From Perkinsus olseni (lineage: Eukaryota): DNA of 38,013 bases. This document shows positions 15,201-30,114 of this stretch, piece by piece. Under the pieces are notes generated by a model that was not told the DNA's origin, ran no database searches, and saw nothing but the letters and a program-made list of their open reading frames with translations. Location of the stretch: assembly GCA_013115125.1 (NCBI GenBank), contig JABANN010000336.1:1-38013 (forward strand), in the 5' to 3' direction. The translations under genes were made by a program, and so were the position numbers. Position 1 is the first letter of the stretch, and the number at the start of each line of letters is the position of its first letter.

Positions 15201-16319
15201 ATATCTAACTAGTAATATTTAATATATAGATTTAGTATGGTGTATTGTTATTAGATCTACTATATGGTATTAACTATGGAATAAACAATAGAAATAAATA
15301 ATGTTATATATATATCCATATAGGTTATTTATATATAATTATATTATTAAGTATATTATTAAAAGAAGGTATTTATAAATCTATCTTATCGATTAATATA
15401 TATTTATAGGGTTAATATTTATAGTACTATTTTATTATTTATATATACTGGCTATATAGATATTACTATAATATACTAGTTAGATTTATATAATATTACC
15501 TTATATATAGATTAAGCCTATATTAATATATTAATACCATATCTATGGAGATTATAATATAAAGTAATGAATACCAATACAGATATAAATATATTATATT
15601 AGCCATATTGTTATATATTCATTATTAGTTATATAGTTTAATAGCGTTATTAGTAATATATATACTTGCCATGGCTATAGTTAATATCAATATAATAATA
15701 CATTAAATAAAGATATAATTATAATATAAATAGTAAACAAACACCATAAAAATAATACCTAACTATTACTATTTATAAATACCTATATATTATATTTAGA
15801 TGATCATATCGTTATAATATTAATAGATAATCTTATCATGATAAATACTATATAATCAATACTATATACTATATAATACCATAATCTTAGGATATAATAC
15901 CCCTTGGTGATTATATACCCATAAATATATAGTTAATATTTATATATTTTACTATTAATTATCAACATAATAACCTATTATAATATATATCATAATATAA
16001 ATATGAGGTAATATACTCTATCTAATACTATATATAATATTAGAGGATATAATATAATAATGGCCTATAAATACCTATATGATACCTAATACTATATATC
16101 TAGTTATTATATATATTAAATATTAATGATATAGTTATAATTATTATATTTGTATTAGCAAGGCATTTATCTCTATAGACTATAAATAATATGTACTTAT
16201 AATAATATGATGGATACTATAGTTTAAATTATAATAAAATATATAAATTAGTATAAATTAAGATAATATAATCCATAGTGTATTATTAAATATAGTCTAT
16301 AATATCATAATCCATAGTA

Positions 16320-16375
16320 TAGTACCACAATATATTATAAAATAAAATAAATATCTAAATTAACATGTGGCACTA
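16320..16375. repeat. Imperfect short inverted repeat
   Basis: TAGTACCACA 16320-16329 / TGTGGCACTA 16366-16375, one mismatch. Confidence 0.7.
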
Positions 16376-16780
16376 TTACATTATATATTAATATCTATCC
16401 CTAAGGTATATTATAATTATATATAAATATTATATTATCACTATTACTATATATAGAGGACATATACTATCTTATATTAATAATCTATACTATATCTTTA
16501 TCTATATTTTAATGGTATTAATTTATATGATTGATAATAATAATAATCATATTAATTCTAATCTTTATACTATTTATTACCTTTTTATCTTATTATTATA
16601 TTATGGTCTATATGGCTATGGCTATGGAGGAGGTATAATTAATAATATATGATATAAACCTATAATTATAAACTATATATATATTTTAGACCTTAGACAT
16701 ATATTATATTATATCATATAAACCAGAACTACATATACTAATATATTTATAGGTTTATATACCCTTCATTATATTATTAT

Positions 16781-16837
16781 ATAGTGGGCATTATATCACT
16801 AATACTATTATATATAAATATAGACTATGCCCACTAT
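16781..16837. repeat. Short inverted repeat (hairpin)
   Basis: ATAGTGGGCAT 16781-16791 / ATGCCCACTAT 16827-16837. Confidence 0.92.
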
Positions 16838-16981
16838 CACATATTAATATTATATATATTATTCCTTATTATTAAGATATCATATAATATACCATACTAT
16901 TAATATCAATTAGGTATACTATTAATTAATTATATATGATTATAACTATAGATATAATATTTAGTAGATTATTAATATGGA

Positions 16982-17028
16982 GATAGCCAACATAGTATTA
17001 TTATTATTAAATTTAAGGGTTGGCTATC
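16982..17028. repeat. Short inverted repeat (hairpin)
   Basis: GATAGCCAAC 16982-16991 / GTTGGCTATC 17019-17028. Confidence 0.92.
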
Positions 17029-17285
17029 ATATATATATTAGATTAATATTAAAATACAATACTTTATCTCTAAACTAATAATATAACTAATATATACATA
17101 GATATATAAATATAAGGATATATATAATGTATTAATAAACTATCTAATATTTATTGTATAATATATACTATGATGCCATTATTTATTATTAATGTTATAT
17201 ATATTAAAGGCCTATATACCAATATCTTATATTATAATACTAGTGTTTAGATTATATTAATTCTGGATATTATTATATTGTATTT

Positions 17286-17337
17286 ATGACCCCATTAATG
17301 TATATTTATTTTATTATATTATTTAATATGGGGTCAT
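17286..17337. repeat. Short inverted repeat (hairpin)
   Basis: ATGACCCCAT 17286-17295 / ATGGGGTCAT 17328-17337. Confidence 0.92.
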
Positions 17338-17591
17338 TGATATTATATATATTAAGATCCTATAAATATGATTACATTGTTATAATATTAGTCATATATA
17401 TATTAGTTATCTATAGATCATAAATAGTATATCATAGATTATTAATGATTTATTGGATATTATTAATTAATTATATATAGTTTAGTGCACTGTTAATATA
17501 TTATATAAATAATATATGGTTGATCCCTAAAGCCTATAATATCATATTTATAAATATGATCAATAATGACTATAATATATTAATATCTCCA

Positions 17592-17641
17592 AGGCCCTAT
17601 TATATTTATATAGATAATTAGTATTAATAAGTTAAGGGCCT
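17592..17641. repeat. Short inverted repeat (hairpin)
   Basis: AGGCCCT 17592-17598 / AGGGCCT 17635-17641. Confidence 0.8.
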
Positions 17642-17683
17642 CTATATAATATTAAGTATTAATACACTATTTATAAAGGTAAG

Positions 17684-17727
17684 AGGCCCTATATATCCCT
17701 ATAGATAGATTATATACTGGAGGGCCT
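17684..17727. repeat. Short inverted repeat (hairpin)
   Basis: AGGCCCT 17684-17690 / AGGGCCT 17721-17727. Confidence 0.8.
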
Positions 17728-20152
17728 TAATCCATATACTATATTATATAATTATATATATAATTATCTTTACTTAATATATATTAATACTTTATACCAT
17801 ATATAATAATATAATTACTTTATGGCATTATTTGTTATTTATATCTCCATAGTGTAACTATTAATTATTATATGTATAAATAACATTAGATAAATATAGT
17901 ATTAATCCTTATAAATAGGTATACTAACTAGATAATGTTAATAATATATAGTAATTTACATATAATATGCCATTAATAACATGTATATATAAATATAATA
18001 AAGGATATATCATAATTACTATATCATAATAATATATACTAAATATCCTAGATACAATATAATATCTTATAATATACCCCATGGTATTAATATAATATAA
18101 ATACAGTATTAAGATATACATGATATTAGTGATATTATGTTTTATTTTATGATATAAGGTTATTTTTATTCATCGGAATATATTATATATATACTTTGTT
18201 GTGTTATATATTAATATTATTATATAGAATTTATTTACTTATAATTTTCTTATATAATTTTATAGTATTTTTATTATTTATATATACTTATATTTTATCT
18301 TTGGAGATATAAGGTAATATTTATATAGTGATAATATACTGTATTTATATATATAACTAGACTATATACCCTTATACTATGTATTAATATATAACAATAA
18401 GATCCTTAATAATGGCCCTATAAGTTAATACCTATCTATATTAATGATTACTATGGAGATAAATATATATGATTATATTAATATTACTATTATTAGTATA
18501 TTAACCTATAGATATTTATATAAATATCTCTAAATGCCATATTAATAATTATATATATTAATACGATACCTATATAACGTTATATTAATAGATAACTAAT
18601 AAACCAACATAATATAGTAATATTATCAATAGGGCATCATATAAATAGTGATAGTGTAATAGCTCCTAACCTAATATATATTAATATATACTATTTCTAT
18701 ATTATACCACTATATGATATTCTTTATTAAATTACTAATTATCATATATATACTATATTGTTATATAAGTTATAATATTAATCTATGATATTATAATAGT
18801 ATATTGATATATGGTATTTTAATCTATTATTATACTATATTATAGGCATTATATAATATTTATATCCTGTATATTATATTAGATTATGATAGCCTTTATA
18901 TTATTAATAATGAATAGAATACCTAGATTATATAATATTATCTTTTATTAATACATTAATTTAATATTATTCTATAAATATCTATAATAACAATATAATA
19001 TATAGGGAACTGTATAAAAATAATACCATATCTAATATCCATATAAACCTAGTATTAATAGCCAATGCCTTATTATATATAAATTAAATATAACTAATAT
19101 TATAGGGTACCTTATGTCATAACACTGTGTTTAAATATCTATTAATTTATATTATTAGTAATCATAATATTAGGTATCTATGGGGTATATATATATGTAT
19201 GGCATATTATGTTAATCTATAATATTAGATATAAACTAATTATTATTACTATTAATATCATGATATTATTATATTTATATCTTAGGTATAATAACTAACT
19301 ATTTAATGTTAACTATGGATATATGGGATAAATATATAATATTTATATATAATTTACTATATTATTTAATATAATATGTATATGTATAATATTAGGACTA
19401 TATGGTTATATATTAGGTATTTGATACTATATATATAATATTTCATGGTATAGGACCCTCCCTTATTATTATAATATAGTATATTTATATTATTAATGTA
19501 TTTATTAAAGTGTATATTATAATTATTACTAACTAGATATAATACTAACTACATTATATAATATAATAATTAGATTAACTTAATATAATATCATATGTAT
19601 AATAATGGTTTATATACTAATATATATACTGTTATCTATTGGTTATATTAATAGTATATGGTATAGTATCTAGATCTATTAGTAATATATGTATATGTAA
19701 TTATATATAGGTTTAGATGATTAATATATTATAATATAGTTAATTCCTATATGATGGCCATAAAGTAATATATTAGATCTTAGGTTAACATATAGTAATC
19801 TATAATATTATATGACTATTTATAAATATATACTTATTCTTATATAAATATTATTATAATATCTTCATTAATAGTATTATTTCCTTATAATATTAGGTAT
19901 AGTAATAAAATATATCATATATGGTTATATTTATGTATAATATGTTATTATAATATAATTAATAAACCTACTTATATTTATATAATATAATGATAAGTAA
20001 TAGTATATTATTAATGAAGTAACCATATTAACATATATTATATATTATATCAATGATGGATTATTATATTATAAACTAATGCCTATATTAATATGTCCTT
20101 TAATAGTATATATAATATAATAATATATAGTGTGTATTTATTGATAATAATA

Positions 20153-20207
20153 GTGTGGTGTACAGATAAGAATATATATAGTAAATTTAATAATAATTAC
20201 ACCACAC
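20153..20207. repeat. Short inverted repeat (hairpin)
   Basis: GTGTGGTGTA 20153-20162 / TACACCACAC 20198-20207. Confidence 0.92.
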
Positions 20208-20380
20208 ATAATATATATATCTTGTTAGATTTACTATGTAATATAGTATACTAAGATAATATATAATATATAATAACAATAAATATATTAATAACATGAT
20301 AATATTACTAATAATTACATATTAATACCTTATATTACCTTATTTATTAGTATACCTTATATTAATATAAATAGGATATT

Positions 20381-20435
20381 ATGCTGGCTATAATGTATTA
20401 ATTATATATATATTTCTATTGATATTAGCCAGCAT
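20381..20435. repeat. Short inverted repeat (hairpin)
   Basis: ATGCTGGCTA 20381-20390 / TAGCCAGCAT 20426-20435. Confidence 0.92.
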
Positions 20436-20789
20436 TAACTATCTCCATAGAATAGAGTATAATATTATATATTTATAGTATCCCAATATTACCTTATTAT
20501 ATTTATATTAACTTATTTTATTATAAATAGCCCCTTAAATATATATCTGGTGGGATAAAATAGTAAATACTGGTATATTAAATTATGTTAATATTATATA
20601 CTATAAAGTAAATAATAATAATAGTTCCATAGATATCTCTAATATAGCATTATATACTATTAATATATTGTATACCGATAGATACTAATATAATTAAATA
20701 TATACTATTAAATACCTAGTAATATAGATAACTATAAATAATATAATAATATAGTAATAAATACATTAATAAATATATAATATTAGGTA

Positions 20790-20840
20790 ATACCAGCACC
20801 ATATGTTATGATATTATTTATATGGTATTAGTGCTGGTAT
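20790..20840. repeat. Short inverted repeat (hairpin)
   Basis: ATACCAGCAC 20790-20799 / GTGCTGGTAT 20831-20840. Confidence 0.92.
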
Positions 20841-21789
20841 ATAGGATTAATATATAATAAAGAGCTGGTCTATAATATACTTATACATAATATAGTCCTT
20901 AGAGATCAATATACTAATAATAATATTATAGATTTATAGGTAATTCCATGTAATAATATAATACTACCTGTAATAAATAATAAAATACTATAGTATAAAT
21001 ATTTATAATAATGGCTATGATATAATAATATGTTGATATAAACTGTATTAAATCTATTAATATTAACCTAACATATCTTAGATTATTAATATCCTTAATA
21101 TATATTTATATAATATTATAATAGATTATCAATAATACATATATTTATATATAAATGAATATTATAAAGAGAGGTAATAATAATATATTTATACTAATAA
21201 TAGAGGTTTAACTATACATTATTTCTAGATACTATTAATATTTATTAAGATATAGTATGGATATATAGATATTATTATAAGATATATATAACTATGAATA
21301 TTAATAATGAAATATATAAATAGATTATAAATATAATAATGTTGATATTAATAGATATTTAATAAATAGAAATATAGTGATAAATAGCCTGTGTATTGAT
21401 AAATAAGAAATATAAATAATAAAATATAATAAAGAATTAGATAGAAATATATATTAATAAATGATAATATACTTATTGGTAATATTAAGGGTATAAGATA
21501 GAATATATAATATCATCCATAATATAGTATAAGGTTAATATATTAGTAGTTTATCTTTATATTTATAGTATTAATTCTATTATATATTTAGTTCATGTAT
21601 TTCTATGGTTATAAAATAGTGTATTAGTAGTTTATAATTTATTATATATTATATAAATATATAGTTAATTACTATATTATAGACCTTATAAATATATATT
21701 AGTTAATAATCTATGTAGTGTAGTTATATCTTTATTAATCTATTTAGTATTATACCTATTATATATCTATCCTTAATATTATATTATTA

Positions 21790-21837
21790 GCTGTGTGTAT
21801 TTATTTATTATATATATATTTATTATTAACACACAGC
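21790..21837. repeat. Short inverted repeat (hairpin)
   Basis: GCTGTGTGT 21790-21798 / ACACACAGC 21829-21837. Confidence 0.9.
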
Positions 21838-22126
21838 ATATATATATTATTATTACTAACTGTATTTATATAGATATTATCTCCATGGTATTATTACCTT
21901 ATATATTATCTATTAATAACTAGTATTATACCTTTATATAATAATGATTAAGATATACTTTATACTAACCAGATTTATATAGATAGTTTATTAATATTTA
22001 TACTCTCCATAGTATATTATTATTACATTGATAACCTATTATTCCATATTATATTTATTAATATAATCTATAATAAACATGGGTATATACTATATTATAA
22101 TATAGATATAATAATATTGATAAATA

Positions 22127-22186
22127 ACTGGGTATCTAATAACTAAATATATACTAATATTATAAATAAATATAAAGATACCCAGT
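22127..22186. repeat. Short inverted repeat (hairpin)
   Basis: ACTGGGTATCT 22127-22137 / AGATACCCAGT 22176-22186. Confidence 0.92.
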
Positions 22187-22742
22187 AAATATATAAATTA
22201 ATATACATATAAGTAGGGATACATTATAATATATAAAGATTAATAATTATTATAAAATATACTAAAGTAATAGATTAGATATTAGATTATATATAAATTA
22301 ACTTATATTATAAACCAGTATATTAGGATATAGTTTTAATTAGATAATTTAATAGAATACTGATAACAATAAATATATTATAATCAATGGGATAATATTA
22401 CTATACATATATTTACCTAATAATTATATATATTAATAAAATAGAGATATCTCCATAGTATATAATATAGTAATTTATATTACCAAAGCCCATATATATA
22501 TATTATATTAAGATAAGGTAGTATTATATATAAAGTTATTATTATTATTATGGGGTGTGATTACTAAATATATATAATACTAACTATATAATTATATGAT
22601 TACTAACTATTATATATAATATCCTTTATTAATTAGTAATATAATAGATTAAATATTAATAGATTATAGATTATTACCTGTATGAGGGTATATTTAAGAC
22701 ATCTATATATTAATAATCACTATAATATGTTAGTAATTAGGA

Positions 22743-22801
22743 ACAAAGCCACTAACTATTTATATTTATTAGTATTACTATTTATTATATTGTGGCTTTG
22801 T
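22743..22801. repeat. Short inverted repeat (hairpin)
   Basis: ACAAAGCCAC 22743-22752 / GTGGCTTTGT 22792-22801. Confidence 0.92.
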
Positions 22802-23063
22802 ATATATAAATCTATATTATTAGATATTAATACCTTTATATTTATTACATAGTAATAGTTAATATATTATTATATATATATTATTATTATTATAGTAGTA
22901 GATAAAACACTGTCAGTTATGATTATATTTAATATTGATATTAAGGTTAATGATGGATCTAAATTATTATTATCTAATAATATAAATATGATACCATATA
23001 TAGATTTAATAGTAAATATTAGTAATAAAATAAACTATGAATAAATATAGTCTAACTAGATAA

Positions 23064-23111
23064 AAGACCCTGTTAATATTTATTATATATATTATTGTAA
23101 TACAGGGTCTT
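23064..23111. repeat. Short inverted repeat (hairpin)
   Basis: AAGACCCTGT 23064-23073 / ACAGGGTCTT 23102-23111. Confidence 0.92.
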
Positions 23112-23468
23112 AATAATAGGTATACTATGGATATGGTAAATTACTAATATATTAAAATCATGATTATAGCATATATAATATTAGATAAATTTATGAATAT
23201 ATTAAATAGAATTAATAGATGATAAATATTAGTTATAATAATAGGTACTTAATATAGTTTATAAATAAAGAATAATAATGAATATATATAAGAAATATTA
23301 TTATAGTGATATAAATATAGTATGAATATATGGTATAAATAAATAGTATATTATTATATATTATATTAACCTCTTTATCTATAATATTATAGTTATTATA
23401 TATATATACTTATACCTAATATATTATTATATAGTAATACATAGATAAAGTATAGATATATTTCCTTG

Positions 23469-23512
23469 GCAATGGGCTTATTTTATTATAATATATATTT
23501 ATTGCCCATTGC
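23469..23512. repeat. Short inverted repeat (hairpin)
   Basis: GCAATGGGC 23469-23477 / GCCCATTGC 23504-23512. Confidence 0.9.
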
Positions 23513-23941
23513 ATATTATTAATATTATATATACCTCTATAGATATAAGATATACTATTATATAAATATCACTAATATATGGTATCCATCAATAAATACA
23601 TTAATATGTACTATTAGTGGCTATTGATTAAATATACATTTACCTCTATATATTATCCCTTTATTATACCAATAATGATTACTAATATACACTAATTTAT
23701 ATACTATCAATATCTAATAGTATGGTATATTTATTATTTTATAGCATGCCTATCATTATTATTAAGATATTATTAATATGTAAATATATTATATAGAGGT
23801 AATATCACTATAAGGTAATAATATATATTATGAATACTGAAAATATAATATTAAATAATAATATCTAAGTATATAAATATAATGGTAATATAATAATACA
23901 TATTAATAATATAAGGATTCTTATCTAGTTAGTTTAATATA

Positions 23942-23993
23942 ATGCCCAGTTTAACAATAATAAAATAATTAATATAAATATAGTACTGGGCAT
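23942..23993. repeat. Short inverted repeat (hairpin)
   Basis: ATGCCCAGT 23942-23950 / ACTGGGCAT 23985-23993. Confidence 0.9.
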
Positions 23994-24534
23994 ATAAAGG
24001 ATCTTATAATAATTATAATAATAGAAGTATATAAATAATATATGTATATGTAGGTAATACTAGATATTTATATTATATTCTAAACCTAAGTATATTATCA
24101 TCTAGTCTATCTTATTATTTATTATAATATGGTTTATGATCTTAATAATATTATATATAATTATATAGAGTACTAAATATCAGGTATATGGATATATAAT
24201 ATTAAGAATCAGTATATAATATAGAATAAATAGTAATTTAATAGATATTTTAATATAGTAATTTATGATAATATAATATGTATATCTAGATAGATTATAA
24301 TAGTATATATATAATAAGGATATATTTAATATAAACTATAATATAGATATTAGTAAATTATAAATAGATAAAATCACTAGTAAAATAATGATAAATATAA
24401 AATGAATAAATTAAAAGTATCTAAATTAAAATATGATAAATTAAATTATATGAAATAAATATTACTAATAATATATATTATGATAATATAAATAGTATAG
24501 ATTAATAACATGAAATTATATATATTATGATGAT

Positions 24535-24600
24535 ACCTTAGATCTGGTGTACTAATACAATATAATATTATTAATAAATATAACACCAGATTAGTAAGGT
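24535..24600. repeat. Short inverted repeat (hairpin) with outer extension
   Basis: ATCTGGTGT 24542-24550 / ACACCAGAT 24583-24591; outer ACCTTA 24535-24540 / TAAGGT 24595-24600. Confidence 0.88.
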
Positions 24601-27600
24601 AATATGATATATATTATAATGTAATACCATTGATTCATATATTATCTTAGTCTCCAGTGTCTATTATTCATATATATGCCATGGGTTAATAAAGTATCTT
24701 ATAATTATATATATCTATTTAGTACTATATGGAGTATAATATTATAATTATTAATAACTAATAGTATATATTTATATATATATAGATTAATAAGATATCC
24801 TTATATTTATACCCTCTAGATCTATATTTATATTATATGTCATTATCTATTAAATACCTTATATTATATGTTATATTAATACCTAGTAATATTTATATAT
24901 TTATATATAGTTTTATTATAATTTATAGTAATGGGGCCTTAATAAATATAAATAATATTGTATCTAAACCATTATTAAATAATATTGATATGTTATAATA
25001 AGGATATATGATATACTAATACATGATATTATATTATATTAATAATACATATTAAACTATAGATATTAGGTATTTATAGTAATAATTATACTAACTATTA
25101 TTATTAGTATTATTAGTAAATAAGTATATATAATTATAAGTATTAATATAGAGTATATATATATATAAATAAGACTATGGAGAGGTATATACTAAATAGA
25201 TATAATTACTATTTATAATGTATTTATTAATGATTATTACACTCTATAGATATATATCATTATATTTATTAATGGTTATTCTATATATATTATTACTGGT
25301 ATATGGATCTAGTGATATTATAGTCTAACTAATATTACCATGACATTATATTATTTATTAATAGATTACCTATATATGTATTTATCACTAATATATATTA
25401 TACTAGATAGAGGGTATATAAATATACTATAATAATTATAAATAGAATATAATAATAGAATTACCTATAGAAATATATAGTTATATCATGGAATAATAGA
25501 TAAATATGGTGTATAGTAATATCTAATGATAATAGATAATAGTAAATCTAATAATAGAATATTTATAAAGAATAATATTAATGATAAACTACAGATATTT
25601 ATATGTCTAAACCTACTATTAAATATATATATTTATGATATTTAATTTATATGTAATCTTATAGTATATTTTAATTAATATAGTATAGAGAATAATAACT
25701 ATAGAAATATTATAAATATGAATATAATGTAGATAATCTATAGATAGTATGAATATAAATATAGTAATATAAGATATATTAAATAGAAATAAAGGTAATA
25801 TAAAATAAAAGATATGTATAAATAAAATAAAGATAATATTAAAAGTTTATTAATGAAATATAATATGGTATAATAGGGCCTTTATATATAATTACTATAT
25901 ATTAACTATGTATTAATAATATCATTTATCACTATATAGATAATATAAGATAGTAGATATTAGGTATTTATATATATATAAAGGTAAATATTATAATATA
26001 TATTATTAAGGTATCTAACTAGTATTATTATCTCCATAGTATTACCTATATCTTAGATTACTAACTATATATTTAATCATATAAATAAGGATATAATACA
26101 TAATAGTAGTTTATATAATATATTATTAATACTGGGTATATATAAATCTATAGATAATTAATAGTCTAGTTAGTTAAAGGAATATTATATTACTAATAAT
26201 ACTTATATTTATATCTAGTTAATTATTAATATATCTTAATATTTAGTAATCTATATATAATAGTATAGAGTTAATTATAATATTATCCTTATTAGATAGT
26301 TAGTTCTATATTATACCTAGTATTAATATTATCTATCTTTAAAGGGGGCCTTAGTAATATACTAATAATTAGATATCAATAAATACATATTATTCTATTT
26401 AATATATATATAACTATGTATTATATAATAGGAATATTAACTATATCTATGGAGATAAATAGGGATATTATATATAGACTATAATATAATTAATACTAGA
26501 TATACATTTATTAGTAATATAATTATATTAAATATATATTGATGATAATAACTATAATAATGGAGACCTTAGACTATTATATATATTTATATATACAATA
26601 TTAGATTAATAGTAAATTATAGGTATTTATTTAATTAACTTATTATATAATTATATATAGATCTAGAATATAATAGTAAATATGATAAATTATGGATATA
26701 TAATAGAATTAATAGATATTGTTATTTTATGAATATTAAATTATATGATATAATAATTAGTATGGTATATTAATATGAAATTATATAGAATATCTATGAT
26801 AATAAGTAGTAAATAAAGTTATAATTAGATATTGTAGAAATTAATATAATGTAATAATAAAAGAAATAAAACTATAGATATTTAATATAATAAATAATAT
26901 TATGACTATATAAAATAGATATCTATAAATACAGGTATAAAATAATATAGATATATATGTAATATGAAATATTAATAAGAAATAGTATTAATTTAATAGA
27001 TAGTTTTAATAATATATGAATATACTATTTTAACTATAGGTTGTGAGTAGAGCTATTAATCATATAAATAAATATGTATTATTGCATGCCTATATCTATA
27101 TATAGCACCAAGGCCATTGTTATACTATTATTACTTATATTTATATTATATATTTTACTATATATATTCATAGGTATACTATCTTAATATTAATTTAATA
27201 CTATATCTATATGCCTATATTATAATAATACTGGTTATGTATATGGATATTAGGTACTTTATCTAGGCATTAACTTATATTATACTCTATATCATATATG
27301 GTATTAATATTATATTGTTATATACTATATAGATTTATACAATACCTTAATATAATAACTAGATAAACCTATATATATACTTATTTAATATGTATTGGTA
27401 TTATGTAATAATATAGTAATATGATAGATAAAGAGATTACTAATAAATATATGTCCTTATTATATAATATTTAGTTATACCATATTGTTATATCATATTA
27501 ATATAGATTTATAATTAGATAGTTAATATATAAATAATAGAGTATATCTAGAGGGTATAAATAGTATATATATCTAAATATTACCTATACATAATTATGG

Positions 27601-28468
27601 CATTAAATATATATGGAGATATTATTAAGGATATATTATATACATTATGATAGATTATATTAACATAAAATATATATTAGATAATTATTAATGTTGGTAG
27701 GTCACCTTTTATATAATTATATACCTCTAAATATATATATATATTAGATTATTAATATCACTATTTATAATATTATAAGTTAGGTATTAATATTAAGTAT
27801 ATAATAATACTATAAATATTAATATCTATGGGTAATAATAAAGATATAATATATAAATACATACTCTATAGTATATTACTAATATTATAAGTATTAATAT
27901 AATACATAGTATATAGATTAAGATAAACTATAGTATATATTAAATAAAGTATTATGGATTGATATATTATCATATTGATAGTCTATAATTATATATATAT
28001 ATAATAATATGTATTAATTAATAATATAATCTAAGATAATATATATATTTATGACATTAATATTATAGGCATGTTATACCAGGATAACTATATATAATCC
28101 CTTTTACCATGATAATATAATATGGCTTATCCTATCCTTATTAATAGATAGTATGGTATATTGTATTATAAAATTATTATATTATTAATGGTTTATAAAG
28201 ACATATTACTTATTTATATATATAGTCTCCATAGATAAAGGTATATAATTATAATTATCTAGTTAGTATCTGGTGAGTATAATATATTTATAGGATATAG
28301 TAATTATATATATATTATATATTATAAAGGTAATAGTAAATATAATGATTAATATACTAATTAGACATATATAATCTAATATACATATTTTTATTATTAA
28401 TAGTAATATTTATATTATACCTAGGATTAATGGTTATATGGTTATAAGTTAATATATATTTATAATAA

Positions 28469-28511
28469 TAGCAGCACATTAAATATAATAATAATAGTAC
28501 TAGTGCTGCTA
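28469..28511. repeat. Short inverted repeat (hairpin)
   Basis: TAGCAGCAC 28469-28477 / GTGCTGCTA 28503-28511. Confidence 0.9.
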
Positions 28512-28576
28512 AATAATATATATTTAATATCAGTATAACTATATAAATCTATAAAGTATTATTAATAATATATTAT

Positions 28577-28632
28577 TAGAGGGCATATTCTATATAAATA
28601 AATAATTATAATTACCTTAACTATGCCCTCTA
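28577..28632. repeat. Short inverted repeat (hairpin)
   Basis: TAGAGGGCATA 28577-28587 / TATGCCCTCTA 28622-28632. Confidence 0.92.
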
Positions 28633-29138
28633 TATTTATATTTAATATTATAATATGATATATTACTAATGAGGGCATTATATTAATTATGATAGATTAC
28701 TACAAATATATACTTATAAATAGGTTATCATTATATTATATATTAACATATAGTATTGGTTATAATATTTCATATAAACTATATATATATAGTAATAATA
28801 ATAGTATATATAACCATAATATTACAATGATATCTATATACTTATAACAATACCATGATAAATTAATATAATAGTATATAACCATAAATATATATTACTA
28901 TGAGATATCCTTATTTTATTATATAGATCTAAACCATAGTATATTAATAACCAATAAACCTATAGAATAATATAATATTAGTGATATCCCTCTTATTATA
29001 TGGTATATATATAAATATATGATTAGTTATACATTATTATGGCATTATCATTATATAGTAAACCTAATATACTAATTTATATAGAATCCTGCATTTATAC
29101 TATGGTAATATATATTATATTTTATCAATACTGGCCAT

Positions 29139-29435
29139 ATGACTATAAATATAAATAATAAAATATATGGTTTAAATATGAATAATTATATTAAAAATAG
29201 ATATAGAATTTATGATATTCCATTATTAAAATATGATGAGATATTCAGATTTAATAATTATAAAGAATACATGAACTATACTATAATAGATTCAATAAAT
29301 AAACATATAAATTATATAAAAGATAGAGGACAAAGAAGAAATCATATACAAATTACTAATAACTATTTACAAAAAGAATATATTTATAGAAAATATATTA
29401 AAGCTTATGAATTATTTATTAGAAATATTAAATAA
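29139..29435 (+). CDS. Unassigned 98-aa ORF; possible highly divergent ribosomal protein (weak uS13-like motifs)
   Basis: Longest ORF in the track; ATG start; third positions mostly A/T; Arg only as AGA; no Cys; same strand as cob; contains none of the background hairpins or the CTATGGAG word. Confidence 0.45.
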   Translation: MTININNKIYGLNMNNYIKNRYRIYDIPLLKYDEIFRFNNYKEYMNYTIIDSINKHINYIKDRGQRRNHIQITNNYLQKEYIYRKYIKAYELFIRNIK

Positions 29436-30114
29436 ATTATATTATAATAATAAAACATATAGTAAATAATATATTAGTATAACATATATAACATAATATT
29501 AAAAATATAATAATAAATCATACATTATAATAGTTAAATTCATAAATATAATAAAATGTATAATAAAATAAAATATAAAATATTAATCATAATGACGGGA
29601 TACATAAGATTATATATATTTTTAATTAAATATAAAATAATATATGATATCATTTGATTATATTAAAGATTATATTATATAAAATTATTATAAATCATTA
29701 TGGATACTATATTATAAAATATGGATTATTATTACCTTAGGATTAACATATCATATTAATAGAGCCATATCAATAGAATAACATATAAATATAATAACAT
29801 AATATCAGTAATATCCACTATCTTAATATATATATATAGTAATACCTAACCTATTAATATTAATATAATTAGACTATTAATAGATAATAAATAATAATAT
29901 AAAATAATATATAGTGATATAATATAATAGATAACATTAAATATATAATATAATACAAGTTATAGTAAATATTAATCTTATATTAGACAATTATATATCA
30001 ATACAAACTATAATATAGATAATTAATAATAGTGAAATATATATAATTGATTAATAATATAATAATTGATAATATTAAATATAAAGTAATAGTACATATA
30101 AATAGAGAATATAG

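Noticed and set aside
17924-18121. 65-aa minus-strand ORF
   Set aside because: I/Y/L low-complexity product typical of translated AT-rich spacer; no motif.
23064-23073. AAGACCCTG as the LSU GACGGAAAGACCC motif
   Set aside because: Explained as a hairpin arm; the preceding GACG is absent.
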